From: an uncultured Clostridium sp.
GTDB lineage: Bacteria > Bacillota > Clostridia > TANB77 > CAG-508
Assembly (NCBI GenBank): GCA_947087745.1
Contig: CAMUDX010000001.1
Coordinates: 33,808-97,807, forward strand
Reading direction: 5' to 3'
DNA: 64,000 nucleotides
The notes beneath the pieces are model-generated. The model had not been told where the DNA came from, ran no database searches, and saw nothing but the letters and a program-made list of their open reading frames with translations. Of this stretch, positions 20,211 through 29,515 are shown in pieces (position 1 is the first letter of the stretch; each line of letters begins with the position of its first letter). The translations under genes were made by a program, and so were the position numbers.

Positions 20211-21100
20211 TTTCGTGCCTCCTTGTCTTTTAATTCTTGATATATTTTGCAAAATCTTTCATATCTTTCTTTAGATATTTTACCTCGTTCTATTGCTTCT
20301 TTTATTCCGCATTTTTGTTCTTTTATGTGTGTACATCCTACATATTCACAGTTTGCTTTTTCTTTTTTGAACTCTATAAAGTATTTGTCTAATTCGTTAC
20401 TTTCTATTTCTGTTATCTCAAATGTTGAAAATCCTGGCGTGTCTGCTATATATGTGTTTTCTTCTAGTTCATATAATTTCACATCTGTTGTTGTGTTTTT
20501 TCCTCTTTTATTTTTTGTGCTTATTTCTCCTTCTTCTGTTATGTTATTTTTAAATAGTGCATTTATTGTTGTTGATTTTCCTACTCCTGAATTTCCTGCA
20601 AATACACTTATTTTGTTTTTTAGTTCTTCTTTTATTTTATCTACTGTTTCATTTTCTTTTGCTATTGTTGTATATACTTTATATCCTATGCTTCTATATG
20701 TATTTTCTATGTCTTTTGATGTTTCTTCATCTAAATCGATTTTATTTATTATTATTATTGGCTCTATTTTTAGTAATTCTGCATATACTAATTGCTTGTC
20801 TAGCATTAATAAATCTGGTTTTGGATTTTTTGTAGATAACATTAATATTATTTGTGTTACATTTGCTATTTTGGGTCTTTTTATATATGTTTGTCTTTCT
20901 TTTATTTCTTCTATTGTTGCTTTTTTATTTTCTTCATCTATTATTTTGATTTCTACTTTGTCTCCTACTACTGGTGTTATTTCTTCTTTTTTGAATTTTC
21001 CTCTTGCTACTGCTGCATATATTTTGTTTTCTGCTTTTATTTTATATAAATTTGCTATGTTTCCTATTATTAATCCCTGCACTATTTGTTTTCCTTTCAA
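20204..21100 (-). CDS. rsgA: Ribosome small-subunit-dependent GTPase A
   Basis: GNSGVGKST P-loop and C-terminal zinc knuckle CEYVGCTHIKEQKCG. Start is uncertain between TTG 21100 and GTG 21082. Confidence 0.88.
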   Translation of the reverse strand: MKGKQIVQGLIIGNIANLYKIKAENKIYAAVARGKFKKEEITPVVGDKVEIKIIDEENKKATIEEIKERQTYIKRPKIANVTQIILMLSTKNPKPDLLMLDKQLVYAELLKIEPIIIINKIDLDEETSKDIENTYRSIGYKVYTTIAKENETVDKIKEELKNKISVFAGNSGVGKSTTINALFKNNITEEGEISTKNKRGKNTTTDVKLYELEENTYIADTPGFSTFEITEIESNELDKYFIEFKKEKANCEYVGCTHIKEQKCGIKEAIERGKISKERYERFCKIYQELKDKEARKW

Positions 21101-21295
21101 GGTATAATTTTAAATATATTATTTTATAATAATATATTATTTCTATGTTTGTTCTTTTCTTTGTGTATCTTATCATTTCTTTTTTTTATTTTCAAGTTTT
21201 TTAGATTTTTATTTTTGTTATTTTATATATAAAAAAATAGTATAAAGATTATTGGCATATTATTATTCTACAATTTTCTTAATGTCATATTATAG

Positions 21296-21325
21296 CAAAA
21301 AGCAGATACAATATATGCATCTGCT
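21296..21325 (-). terminator. Terminator after the 86-aa ORF
   Basis: agcagat / atctgct stem followed on the minus strand by tttt. Confidence 0.5.
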
Positions 21326-21424
21326 CAAATTTAATATTTTGTATAATATATTATTTATAATTTTTATGATATAGCAACAATGTTAAACCAATAATAAATT
21401 ACATAATAATTTATTATTGATTAT

Positions 21425-21685
21425 TTAATTGTTCTCTTCTATCTCAACTTTACTCTGTTCTTTTTCTTCTATTACTTTTTCTAGTCGTTCTATTTCTTGT
21501 TCAATTGCTATTTCTCTTTCAAGTCGTTCTATTTCTTGTTCAACTTCTATTTTTCTCTCATTTACAAGTTTTGCAAGTTTGTTTTGTTCATTTTCTTGTA
21601 AGTTATAAAATTTACTACATATAATAGTTCCTAATAATATAGCAATTATTAATATGCTTATTATAATTGTTAACTGTTTTTTCAT
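21425..21685 (-). CDS. Small membrane-anchored coiled-coil protein
   Basis: N-terminal TM helix followed by a tandem (I)EQEIERLE repeat, encoded by a 36-nt DNA repeat at 21483-21540. SD AAGGAG upstream. Confidence 0.5.
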   Translation of the reverse strand: MKKQLTIIISILIIAILLGTIICSKFYNLQENEQNKLAKLVNERKIEVEQEIERLEREIAIEQEIERLEKVIEEKEQSKVEIEENN

Positions 21686-21756
21686 AATAATTTCTCCTTA
21701 TTTAAAAATTTATTAATAAAAGAATAGCATAAAAATGGAAACGTGTCAATCAAATC

Positions 21757-21785
21757 TTGACATATACTAATTAATATATTATACT
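21757..21785 (+). promoter_or_regulatory. Promoter: TTGACA-17 nt-TATACT
   Basis: ttgaca at 21757-21762 and tatact at 21780-21785, upstream of the GC-rich secreted-protein gene. Confidence 0.5.
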
Positions 21786-21899
21786 TCTCATTATGTAACA
21801 TGAATTGCAATATCAATTACATTGATGCTAGTAATATTCTAGTATTTTTGTAATAAAAGAGGAAAAGTATTTCATTTTATATTTTATGGAGGTATTTTT

Positions 21900-22382
21900 A
21901 TGACCAAATTATTTAAGCGGATTATCTCTTTCAGTATAGCTATAGCAATATCTTTATCTTTCTCTTCAACCGCTTTTGCTACTGAAGTCAGTGAAGATAC
22001 TGTTATTGTACCCAGTGTTACTCATGATAATGTTGCTGTTGTTTCTGACAATGGCTATGGCAATATATCTGGTACAAAATCAGGTTATTCCCTCAGAGCT
22101 CCTCTAAGGTTTTCATTTACTGTACCAGCAGGTGGGGCATATTTGTATTTTATGTACGCTTGTGATACAGGCATTACTCTTAGCTTATTTAAGAATAATT
22201 CAAGAGTATTGTATACATCTTACGGTGCCCAGCCTGGTAGTGACAGCCATAGAATTCTTCTGACAGGAGTAGATGCTTCGAATGGATTTTGGGGTGAAGG
22301 AACCTACAGCGTAGAAATTGTATTTGGCAGTATAAACGAAGCCTATGCGTTGTGCTTTTTTGTTTCGCCATACCCCCTTTAA
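21900..22382 (+). CDS. Hypothetical secreted protein in a GC-rich islet
   Basis: Signal peptide ending AFA/TEV. SD GGAGG upstream. Two hand-counted 60-nt lines each give 27 of 60 G+C, about twice the local background. Confidence 0.6.
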   Translation: MTKLFKRIISFSIAIAISLSFSSTAFATEVSEDTVIVPSVTHDNVAVVSDNGYGNISGTKSGYSLRAPLRFSFTVPAGGAYLYFMYACDTGITLSLFKNNSRVLYTSYGAQPGSDSHRILLTGVDASNGFWGEGTYSVEIVFGSINEAYALCFFVSPYPL

Positions 22383-22459
22383 ACTTAAGAAAAGCATACT
22401 AGATTTTTTTAATTAATGTAATATGTAACTATATTAATAATACTTTTCCTCTAAAGTCT

Positions 22460-22495
22460 GAGTGAAGCAAAATTTTCTGCTTCACTCTTTTTTTC
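22460..22495 (+). terminator. Intrinsic terminator
   Basis: gagtgaagca / tgcttcactc 10-bp stem followed by tttttttc. Confidence 0.8.
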
Positions 22496-22616
22496 TTTTA
22501 ATACTTTTAAATTTATTAATATTTTCTAATAATCGATTTTGGAATTTATCTATTTTCTTGGTTAACAACTAATAGAATTTACTATTTTATGAATTTACTT
22601 GGTAATAATTTATTTG

Positions 22617-22645
22617 TTGCAATTAACATAATTTTAATATATAAT
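22617..22645 (+). promoter_or_regulatory. Promoter: TTGCAA-17 nt-TATAAT
   Basis: ttgcaa at 22617-22622 and tataat at 22640-22645, upstream of the U32 peptidase gene. Confidence 0.45.
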
Positions 22646-22688
22646 TTTATTATTAATAAAATTAGTGAAAAGAAAGGACATCAAATAT

Positions 22689-25085
22689 ATGATAGAATTA
22701 TTAGTACCAGTTGGTGATTTTGAATGTTTAAAAGCAGCTGTTCAAAATGGAGCAGACAGTGTATATTTTGGAGCAAATATGTTCAGTGCAAGAGCATCTG
22801 CTAAAAACTTTGATATAGAAAATTTAGAACTAGCAATAAATTATGCAAAAATTCGTGGTGTAAAAACAAATTTAACCTTAAATACTCTTATAAAAAACGA
22901 TGAACTCGAAAATGCTTTTGAATTAGCAAAAAAAGCCTATGAATTTGGTATAGATGCAATAATTGTACAAGATTTAGGACTTGCAACATTGCTTATAAAA
23001 AACTTTCCAGATTTATCAATACATGCAAGTACACAAATGTCTGTACATAACTTAGAAGGTGTAAAAAAATTAGAAAAACTTGGATTTAAAAGAGTTGTGC
23101 TTGCACGAGAACTTTCAATACAAGAAATAGAATATATTTGTAAAAATACAAGTGTTGAAATTGAATGTTTTATACATGGAGCCTTATGTATTTCTCATTC
23201 AGGGCAATGTCTATTTTCTAGCATAGTTGGTGGCCGTTCTGGAAACCGCGGTCGCTGTGCTCAACCTTGTAGACTTCCATATTCATTGTTAGAAAATGAT
23301 AAAGAAATTAATAAAGGATATTTACTTAGCCCTCGCGATTTGTGCGGACTAGACTATTTACCTAATTTAATAAATGCTGGCGTAACTTGTTTGAAAATTG
23401 AAGGAAGAATGAAAAATCCTGATTATGTTGCAACAGTTACAAAAATCTATCGAAAATATATTGATATTATTACTTCTAAGAATTATGATGAACCAAAAAA
23501 TATTATAATCGATGATGAAGATATGCATAATCTAATGCAAGTATTTAATCGTGGGGGTTTTTCTAATGGTCATCTATCAAATAGAGAAAATAGAAATTTG
23601 ATATTTAAAGAAAAGCCTAGTAATATTGGAATATTCTTGGGGACTGTAACTAATTTTAATAATAATAAAGGTCATATTACTTTAAACTTAAAAGATAATA
23701 TATCTATTGGTGATAAAATTTCAGTTTCTACATATAAAGAAGATGCTACTTATACAGTTTCTGAATTAATGTTAAAAGATAAAAATATTTCAACAGTTGA
23801 AGCGGGAAATATTGTTAAAATTGGTCGTATGAAAGGGAATATAAAAATTGGAGATAGAATTTATAAAATTTTTAGCAAGAAGTTATCTGATGAATGTAAA
23901 GTTACATATTCTGGGCAAGAACTCCGTAAAAGATTTCTAACTTGCTATATCTCTATAAAAGAAAACATACCAATTACTATTTCTGTGTCAGATGATTTTG
24001 GAAATACTGTATCTATTAATTCTGATATTGTTCCAGTTAGAGCAATATCTTCACCTATAACAAAAGAACGAATAGAAGCGCAATTATCAAAAACTACTAA
24101 TACACCATTTTCATTCAATTCAATAAATATAGATTTAGAAGAAAATCTACATTTGCCTAGTATTAGTAGTTTAAATGAACTTAGAAGACAGATATTAGAT
24201 AAATATGAAAATGCTGTTTTATCAAGTTTTAAGAAAAGATGTGATTATAATTATTTAAGTGAGAATTTAGACTTTGTACCTAATAAGTATTCTAAAAAGA
24301 TATCTTTATTATTAAATGTATTAAATACCTCTTTTGATTACTCTTTACTAGATGATAGTATAAATAGAATTTATGTGCCTTTAAAGTATTTCTTTAATAA
24401 CGAATATAATTCTTCTTTAGAAAGCATTTCAAAAAAGGCAGATTTATATATTTACATGCCTTGTATCATGAGAAATAATTATACTAAACTATTTAAAAAG
24501 CATATTTCTTCAATATTAGATACTTTCAAAATTAAAGGTTTTGTTATTTCTAATATTGGTCAATTTGAATTATTAGTTGATTATAAATCTTATGATATAA
24601 TTAGCAATTACACTATGAATTTATATAATAATGAAACAGCTAAAAATCTAGATGTTGCAACAATAACACTATCTCCTGAGCTCTCTCAAGATGAATTATC
24701 AAATATAAGAGTTAGTAATAAATCAACAGAAATAATTTTTTACGGAAATATCCCAATTATGAATTCAAATTATTGTCTTCTTGGTAATAGTAATAAATGT
24801 TACAAAGATTGTAATAGAAAATGTATATCTCAGAATAAGTATTTTCTAAAGGATAGGTTAGGTATCTCATTTAGATTTATTCCTGATAATATTGAAACTG
24901 TTACTACTATTTATAATAGTAAAATAACTTCTATCTCTACTAATAATTTAAATTGTGATTTTGCTAGAATTGATATTTTAGATGAGACTATTTCTGATAT
25001 AAATAATATTATCAATACTGTTTTGGCTGGTAATAGATTTGAAGGTAAAAATTATACCAATGGAAATATAAATAAAACTATATAA
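22689..25085 (+). CDS. Peptidase U32 family protein (long form with C-terminal extension)
   Basis: U32 signature ECFIHGALCISHSGQCLFS. Start set at ATG 22689 (MIELLVPVGD). Confidence 0.85.
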   Translation: MIELLVPVGDFECLKAAVQNGADSVYFGANMFSARASAKNFDIENLELAINYAKIRGVKTNLTLNTLIKNDELENAFELAKKAYEFGIDAIIVQDLGLATLLIKNFPDLSIHASTQMSVHNLEGVKKLEKLGFKRVVLARELSIQEIEYICKNTSVEIECFIHGALCISHSGQCLFSSIVGGRSGNRGRCAQPCRLPYSLLENDKEINKGYLLSPRDLCGLDYLPNLINAGVTCLKIEGRMKNPDYVATVTKIYRKYIDIITSKNYDEPKNIIIDDEDMHNLMQVFNRGGFSNGHLSNRENRNLIFKEKPSNIGIFLGTVTNFNNNKGHITLNLKDNISIGDKISVSTYKEDATYTVSELMLKDKNISTVEAGNIVKIGRMKGNIKIGDRIYKIFSKKLSDECKVTYSGQELRKRFLTCYISIKENIPITISVSDDFGNTVSINSDIVPVRAISSPITKERIEAQLSKTTNTPFSFNSINIDLEENLHLPSISSLNELRRQILDKYENAVLSSFKKRCDYNYLSENLDFVPNKYSKKISLLLNVLNTSFDYSLLDDSINRIYVPLKYFFNNEYNSSLESISKKADLYIYMPCIMRNNYTKLFKKHISSILDTFKIKGFVISNIGQFELLVDYKSYDIISNYTMNLYNNETAKNLDVATITLSPELSQDELSNIRVSNKSTEIIFYGNIPIMNSNYCLLGNSNKCYKDCNRKCISQNKYFLKDRLGISFRFIPDNIETVTTIYNSKITSISTNNLNCDFARIDILDETISDINNIINTVLAGNRFEGKNYTNGNINKTI

Positions 25086-25097
25086 AACTAATCATAT

Positions 25098-25129
25098 AAA
25101 GAACATACTATTTATTTAGTATGTTCTTT
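25098..25129. terminator. 12-bp hairpin between the convergent U32 peptidase and cca genes
   Basis: aaagaacatact / agtatgttcttt. The right arm overlaps the last cca codons. T-rich sequence follows on the minus strand. Confidence 0.45.
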
Positions 25130-26404
25130 CATCCACTTTATTCTTTCTTCTCTTAACTTATTTCCAAACTCGATACCCTGATTTATTTTGAATTTATCTT
25201 GTATATATTTTCCATTAATTTGGTTTAAACATTTTTTACCTATACTTTTAAAATCAATACTTCCCTCATCTATATTTCTTGAACTTAGTTTATCTGAATT
25301 TACTACTATTTGCAATCCTTCTAATCCTAATTGTGATTTTGATACTCTTTCTATAAAATCAACTTTTTTGGCAGGTTTCATTTTATAGAATATTCCACCT
25401 CTCATATGTTCTCTACAAGATGTTTTACCACACTTTTCCCATATTGTAGGTACTCCTATTCTATTTGAAAATTTTCTTACAACTTCTACTCCATTTATTT
25501 CATGATTATAATGATGGGGATATTCTTCCTTTGGTGTTATTCCTTTTCCTAAATCGTGAACTAATGCTGAATATCTTATTTGTAGTTCTTTTGTTTGCTT
25601 TGCTGTATAATCTAATACCATCATTGTGTGAATATATGCATCTCCTTCAGGATGAAATTTTTCTGGTTGCAACGCTCCTATTAAATCATATATTTCTTTA
25701 AAATGAACTTCAAGTACATCTGCTTGTTTTAAAACATTAAAAAATATTGATGGCTTTTTTGATTTTAATGCCTTCGAAAATTCTACAAATACTCTTTCTT
25801 TTGATAGTGAACTTAATTCTGATTTTAATTTGTTCATTAATTTTATTGTATTTTCTTCTACTTCAAATTTTAGTGTCGCTGCAAATCTTGCTACTCTATA
25901 TACTCTTAATGGGTCTTCTTTAAAGCATAGCGTTGTTGCTCTTATAACTTTATTTTTTATATCTTCTATTCCATTAAATGGGTCTATTATTTCTTGTGTT
26001 AGTACATTTTGTGCTATTGAATTTATTGTTATATCTCTTCTTGCTAAATCTTTTTCTATTGTTATGGCTTTTCCAGTCTTGACTTTAAATTCTTTGTGCC
26101 CTATTCCTGTTTTAGTTTCTGTTCGTGCCATTGCAAACTCTTTTCCATCTATATCAAATACTTCAAAGCTTTTCCCTCTTATATAGCTTTCTGGAAATAA
26201 CTGTTTGAATTTTTCTGCTGTTATTCCTACTACACAATAGTCTTTGTCATTATCTTCTTTTCCTATTATTCTATCTCTTATTGCTCCTCCGACTATGTAT
26301 AGTTCTCCTCCTGCTTTTTTTATTTCTTCTGCAATTTCTTTTTCTTTCATATTTTTTGACTGATTACTCTTCCTTTCCTTATTTTTATTCTCTAAAAAAC
26401 GCAT
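25112..26404 (-). CDS. cca: CCA-adding tRNA nucleotidyltransferase with HD domain
   Basis: GGAIRD nucleotidyltransferase motif and HDLGK HD motif. The true start may be ATG 26350, because the track start sits inside the upstream terminator hairpin. Confidence 0.8.
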   Translation of the reverse strand: MRFLENKNKERKSNQSKNMKEKEIAEEIKKAGGELYIVGGAIRDRIIGKEDNDKDYCVVGITAEKFKQLFPESYIRGKSFEVFDIDGKEFAMARTETKTGIGHKEFKVKTGKAITIEKDLARRDITINSIAQNVLTQEIIDPFNGIEDIKNKVIRATTLCFKEDPLRVYRVARFAATLKFEVEENTIKLMNKLKSELSSLSKERVFVEFSKALKSKKPSIFFNVLKQADVLEVHFKEIYDLIGALQPEKFHPEGDAYIHTMMVLDYTAKQTKELQIRYSALVHDLGKGITPKEEYPHHYNHEINGVEVVRKFSNRIGVPTIWEKCGKTSCREHMRGGIFYKMKPAKKVDFIERVSKSQLGLEGLQIVVNSDKLSSRNIDEGSIDFKSIGKKCLNQINGKYIQDKFKINQGIEFGNKLREERIKWMKEHTK

Positions 26405-26424
26405 TATATTAAGATAATGCGTTT
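26394..26424 (-). terminator. Terminator after the L,D-transpeptidase gene
   Basis: acgcattat / ataatgcgt stem followed on the minus strand by tttttt. Confidence 0.7.
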
Positions 26425-26434
26425 ATGTATCTTC

Positions 26435-27556
26435 TTATTTTGTTGTAGGAAAATCATCTTTTGAATCTCCTTTTTCTTCTGTTGTTCCTCCTGAAGAATT
26501 TGTTGGTGTTTGTGGTTTGTCATCTTTATTTTCTGGTTGTTGTTCCTCTCCTGATGGTACAGTTGGCTGTTGAACTACTGTGTTTTCACCTTCACTTGGA
26601 TTTGTTTGGTTTACTGCTTGATTATTATTGTTGTTTTGGTTTTTATTATTATTTTGTTGTGTTTGTTTATTTGCATTATATGTTTTCCAAGGATTACTTC
26701 CACTTGGGTCTGTTGGGTCCCATCCCCTTACTTCTGCTGATTCATTTGATATTTTTTGTGCTGTTGGCTTTCCTAATGGTCCTGGGTCTTCACTTGAATA
26801 AAATTCTACTTGTGTTCCTTTTGCACAATTATCATATATCCATTTTGCATCTTCTACTGTTAATCGTATACATCCTGCTGATGCTTTTGTTCCTAATTTA
26901 TCGTATTCCCAATATTCTAATGATGATGGGTCATTTGGATTTTGATATGGTACTGAATGGAATAAAATACTGTTTATTATTCTTGTCGCATATTGTCCAT
27001 ATACATATGTACCTTCTGTATGTCCGAATAACTTTCTCCATGTATATTTATCTGATGTTTTATATACTCCACTTTCAGGAGTTGATGTTCCTATTGAACA
27101 TACCATAGCTTTACATGGTACTGTATAGTATCCATTACTATCTTTTTTATATATTGTTACTACATTTGCTTGATTATTTACTTTTATGTAATATTTCTCT
27201 TTTCCAGTTTTTCCTTCTTGTGGGTCTTTTGTTTCTGTTCCTTGATTTGGATTTTGTGGTTGCTGTTCAGTTGGTTTTTCCTCTGTTGGGGTGTCATTTG
27301 GTTGTTGTGTATCTCCTGGATTTTCCTCTTCTTCAGGCTTTTTATCATTTTTATCTGTTTGTGAATTATTGGTATTTTGTTTTCCTACATCCGCAGATGT
27401 TTGGTTTGTTACTCTTGATACTACTATTATTATTGCAATTAATAATACTAACAAAGTTGATACTGTTATTATTAGCCTTTTTTTCATTTCATTATTCATT
27501 TTTATTTTTCTGTTTGGTCTTGTTTTGTCTCTTGTTATTTTTTTTTCCTTATCCAT
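26435..27556 (-). CDS. L,D-transpeptidase (YkuD domain) with low-complexity Q/N/P/T-rich flanks
   Basis: N-terminal TM anchor. FHSVPY and SAGCIRL catalytic motifs. Confidence 0.85.
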   Translation of the reverse strand: MDKEKKITRDKTRPNRKIKMNNEMKKRLIITVSTLLVLLIAIIIVVSRVTNQTSADVGKQNTNNSQTDKNDKKPEEEENPGDTQQPNDTPTEEKPTEQQPQNPNQGTETKDPQEGKTGKEKYYIKVNNQANVVTIYKKDSNGYYTVPCKAMVCSIGTSTPESGVYKTSDKYTWRKLFGHTEGTYVYGQYATRIINSILFHSVPYQNPNDPSSLEYWEYDKLGTKASAGCIRLTVEDAKWIYDNCAKGTQVEFYSSEDPGPLGKPTAQKISNESAEVRGWDPTDPSGSNPWKTYNANKQTQQNNNKNQNNNNNQAVNQTNPSEGENTVVQQPTVPSGEEQQPENKDDKPQTPTNSSGGTTEEKGDSKDDFPTTK

Positions 27557-28031
27557 TGTTATTCCCTCTTTTCAATTTATTTCGTTCTTATTGTACTACA
27601 TTTGTTTTTAAATTGCAATATATATATTTTTTTGCCTACTCTTGGTTTACTTTTTCGTTAGATATACTCTCTCTTTGTTTTTGGAAAATATTTTGTTTTT
27701 TATTTTTGGTATTCTTAACCTTTTTTAATATTATTTTCTATTATTTCTATTCATTTATTTATTAGATTTTTTTAAATAATGTTCTTGTTTAAATGTTATA
27801 TTAAATTTCAAAATGAAAGCAAAGAAATTAAATAAATTGTATGAAAAATTAAAACAGTTCTTAAAGATAGAAAAGAACTATTATTCAACTTCGTTTTCAT
27901 TTTTATTGTAAAACTAAGATTAAAATGAGATTGCTTATATAATTGAAATTTCTCGCTCCCATGTATAGGAAAATTTTTATGATTAAAATAATTTGATATA
28001 AATTTATAATAGATTTATATAATTTTGTGTG

Positions 28032-28328
28032 TTATGAAATATATGTAAAATAAAGACTTGTCCGAGTATCATTTATGACTTCATAAATAATGGTATAGTT
28101 ATCGATTAAAAGCTTCCTGATGTTTCTGTTTTTGTTCTTGAAGTCAGAAATTCTTGTATATCTTTCTGGCATAAATTCAAGAGATTTAATTTTATTGCTA
28201 ACATTTTTATAAAATCGTTTTGTTAGTAAAGATTCTTTTATCTTGTATTTAAAATAAGATGTAATATTTTTAAGTTCTTCTTTAAATGTATAAGTTGGAA
28301 GAACAGTATATTTTTTATTTGATGTCAT
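28032..28328 (-). CDS. Type II toxin, RelE/ParE superfamily
   Basis: About 98 aa. Start ATG 28328 with GGAGG 6 nt upstream, overlapping the antitoxin stop by 14 nt. The NYTIIYEV segment is typical of the family. Confidence 0.6.
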   Translation of the reverse strand: MTSNKKYTVLPTYTFKEELKNITSYFKYKIKESLLTKRFYKNVSNKIKSLEFMPERYTRISDFKNKNRNIRKLLIDNYTIIYEVINDTRTSLYFTYIS

Positions 28329-28665
28329 ACTCTTCCTCCATTTCTTTACAAAATTCATCTAATGTTTGATAGCGCCCTTCATCAATATCTTTAAGAGCTT
28401 GCTCAATTTTCTTAAAAACATCTTTTTTAAAATCCTCAAAAGTAGCATATTGTTTGCTAAAGTGTTTTGCTATAAGTCTATCAATTCTTTCTTCTTCTGT
28501 TTCTTTTGTAGTTTTTAATATATCATCATATGCTTCATCACTTAAAACAACTAAGTCATTTGTTCCGTTTTTAGTAATATACATAGGTTGTTTTGTTTCA
28601 TGGCAAATTTTCGAAATCTCATTATAGTTATTTCTTAAATCTGCACAAGGTCTAATTAATGCCAT
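28315..28665 (-). CDS. Type II antitoxin, Phd/YefM-like N-terminal domain
   Basis: RNNYNEISKICHETKQPMYITKNGTNDLVVLS resembles the Phd/YefM fold. Acidic C-terminal half. SD AAAGGAGGTG. Confidence 0.65.
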   Translation of the reverse strand: MALIRPCADLRNNYNEISKICHETKQPMYITKNGTNDLVVLSDEAYDDILKTTKETEEERIDRLIAKHFSKQYATFEDFKKDVFKKIEQALKDIDEGRYQTLDEFCKEMEEEYDIK

Positions 28666-28938
28666 AATAGCACCTCCTTTTATTATATAGAAAAATTGAA
28701 TATTTTTTCTTATTATGTATAAATTATATCAGAATTATGATATGATTTCAAGAAAATTCTTTTATTTTTTATACAACTTTTTATATTATAAGAAAAGTGT
28801 ATGTTAGTGAAAGCAAGCTACATGGTTATGACTAGTAATTATCCCCCGGCTTTAGCTGGGGGCTTTTTATCTTACGCCTAAAAGGCTATTTTACAAGCAG
28901 AGCCTCAAGGCTCATAGCTGTTCCGACGCATGCGTCTC

Positions 28939-29439
28939 TTATGACCCGTTAAACGGGTCTTTATATTCTTTTATTGATATTTGATCATACATCATATCTT
29001 CTTGTAACTGATTTCTTACATATTCTGCTATTCTTTTTTCATTTTTACCAACCGTGTCTACATAGTAGCCACGGCACCAAAAGCTTCGTTGTCCAAATTT
29101 GTATTTCAAATTTGACCACCTCTGGAAAATTATGAGGCTACTTTTCCCCTTTAATATTCCCATAAATTTTGATACTGATAATTTTGGTGGTATTGATACA
29201 AACATATGCACATGGTCTGGGCAAACTTCAGCCTCTATAATTTTCACTTCATTCCAATCACAAAGGTCTCTTAATATCTTTCCTATTTCCATTCTTTTCT
29301 GCCCATAAAAAATTTTTCTCCTATATTTAGGTGTGAATACTATATGATATTTACAATTCCACTTTGTATGTGATAAACTTGACATTGTATCATATGTAGT
29401 GCTTTCATCTTTAGTTTTTTTACTGAATATACTATTCAT
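28939..29439 (-). CDS. tnpA: IS200/IS605-family Y1 (HUH) transposase
   Basis: KYHIVFTPKYRR, HUH motif CPDHVHMFVSIP, and catalytic-Tyr region FWCRGYYVDTVG. Start set at ATG 29439 (GGGAG 9 nt upstream). Confidence 0.9.
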   Translation of the reverse strand: MNSIFSKKTKDESTTYDTMSSLSHTKWNCKYHIVFTPKYRRKIFYGQKRMEIGKILRDLCDWNEVKIIEAEVCPDHVHMFVSIPPKLSVSKFMGILKGKSSLIIFQRWSNLKYKFGQRSFWCRGYYVDTVGKNEKRIAEYVRNQLQEDMMYDQISIKEYKDPFNGS

Positions 29440-29444
29440 GATAC

Positions 29445-29515
29445 GCAACTCCCTTCATTTTATTTTATCAATCATGCGTCGAAACATATTGATATTATAT
29501 CATGAAGGGAGTTGC
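29445..29515 (-). promoter_or_regulatory. tnpA leader stem that sequesters the SD
   Basis: Perfect 14-bp inverted repeat, gcaactcccttcat (29445-29458) and atgaagggagttgc (29502-29515). The arm nearer the start codon contains the tnpA SD. Confidence 0.7.

Noticed and set aside
20247-21107. 286-aa plus-strand ORF covering the whole of rsgA on the opposite strand
   Set aside because: The product is S/F/L/I-rich low complexity and has no SD. The coding strand here is strongly purine-rich (K/E/N/D codons), so the antisense strand is pyrimidine-rich and rarely forms stop codons. The rsgA call has clear motifs.
22189-22397. Two 60-65-aa minus-strand ORFs inside the GC-rich secreted-protein gene
   Set aside because: They are antisense to an ORF that has a promoter, SD, signal peptide and terminator, and they have no translation signals of their own.
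27813-27911. 32-aa plus-strand ORF (MKAKKLNKLYEKLKQFLKIEKNYYSTSFSFLL) and an antisense 30-aa ORF in the 476-bp gap after the toxin gene
   Set aside because: Neither has an SD or a recognisable family, and the region is AT-rich. There is not enough evidence for a type I toxin or other small protein.
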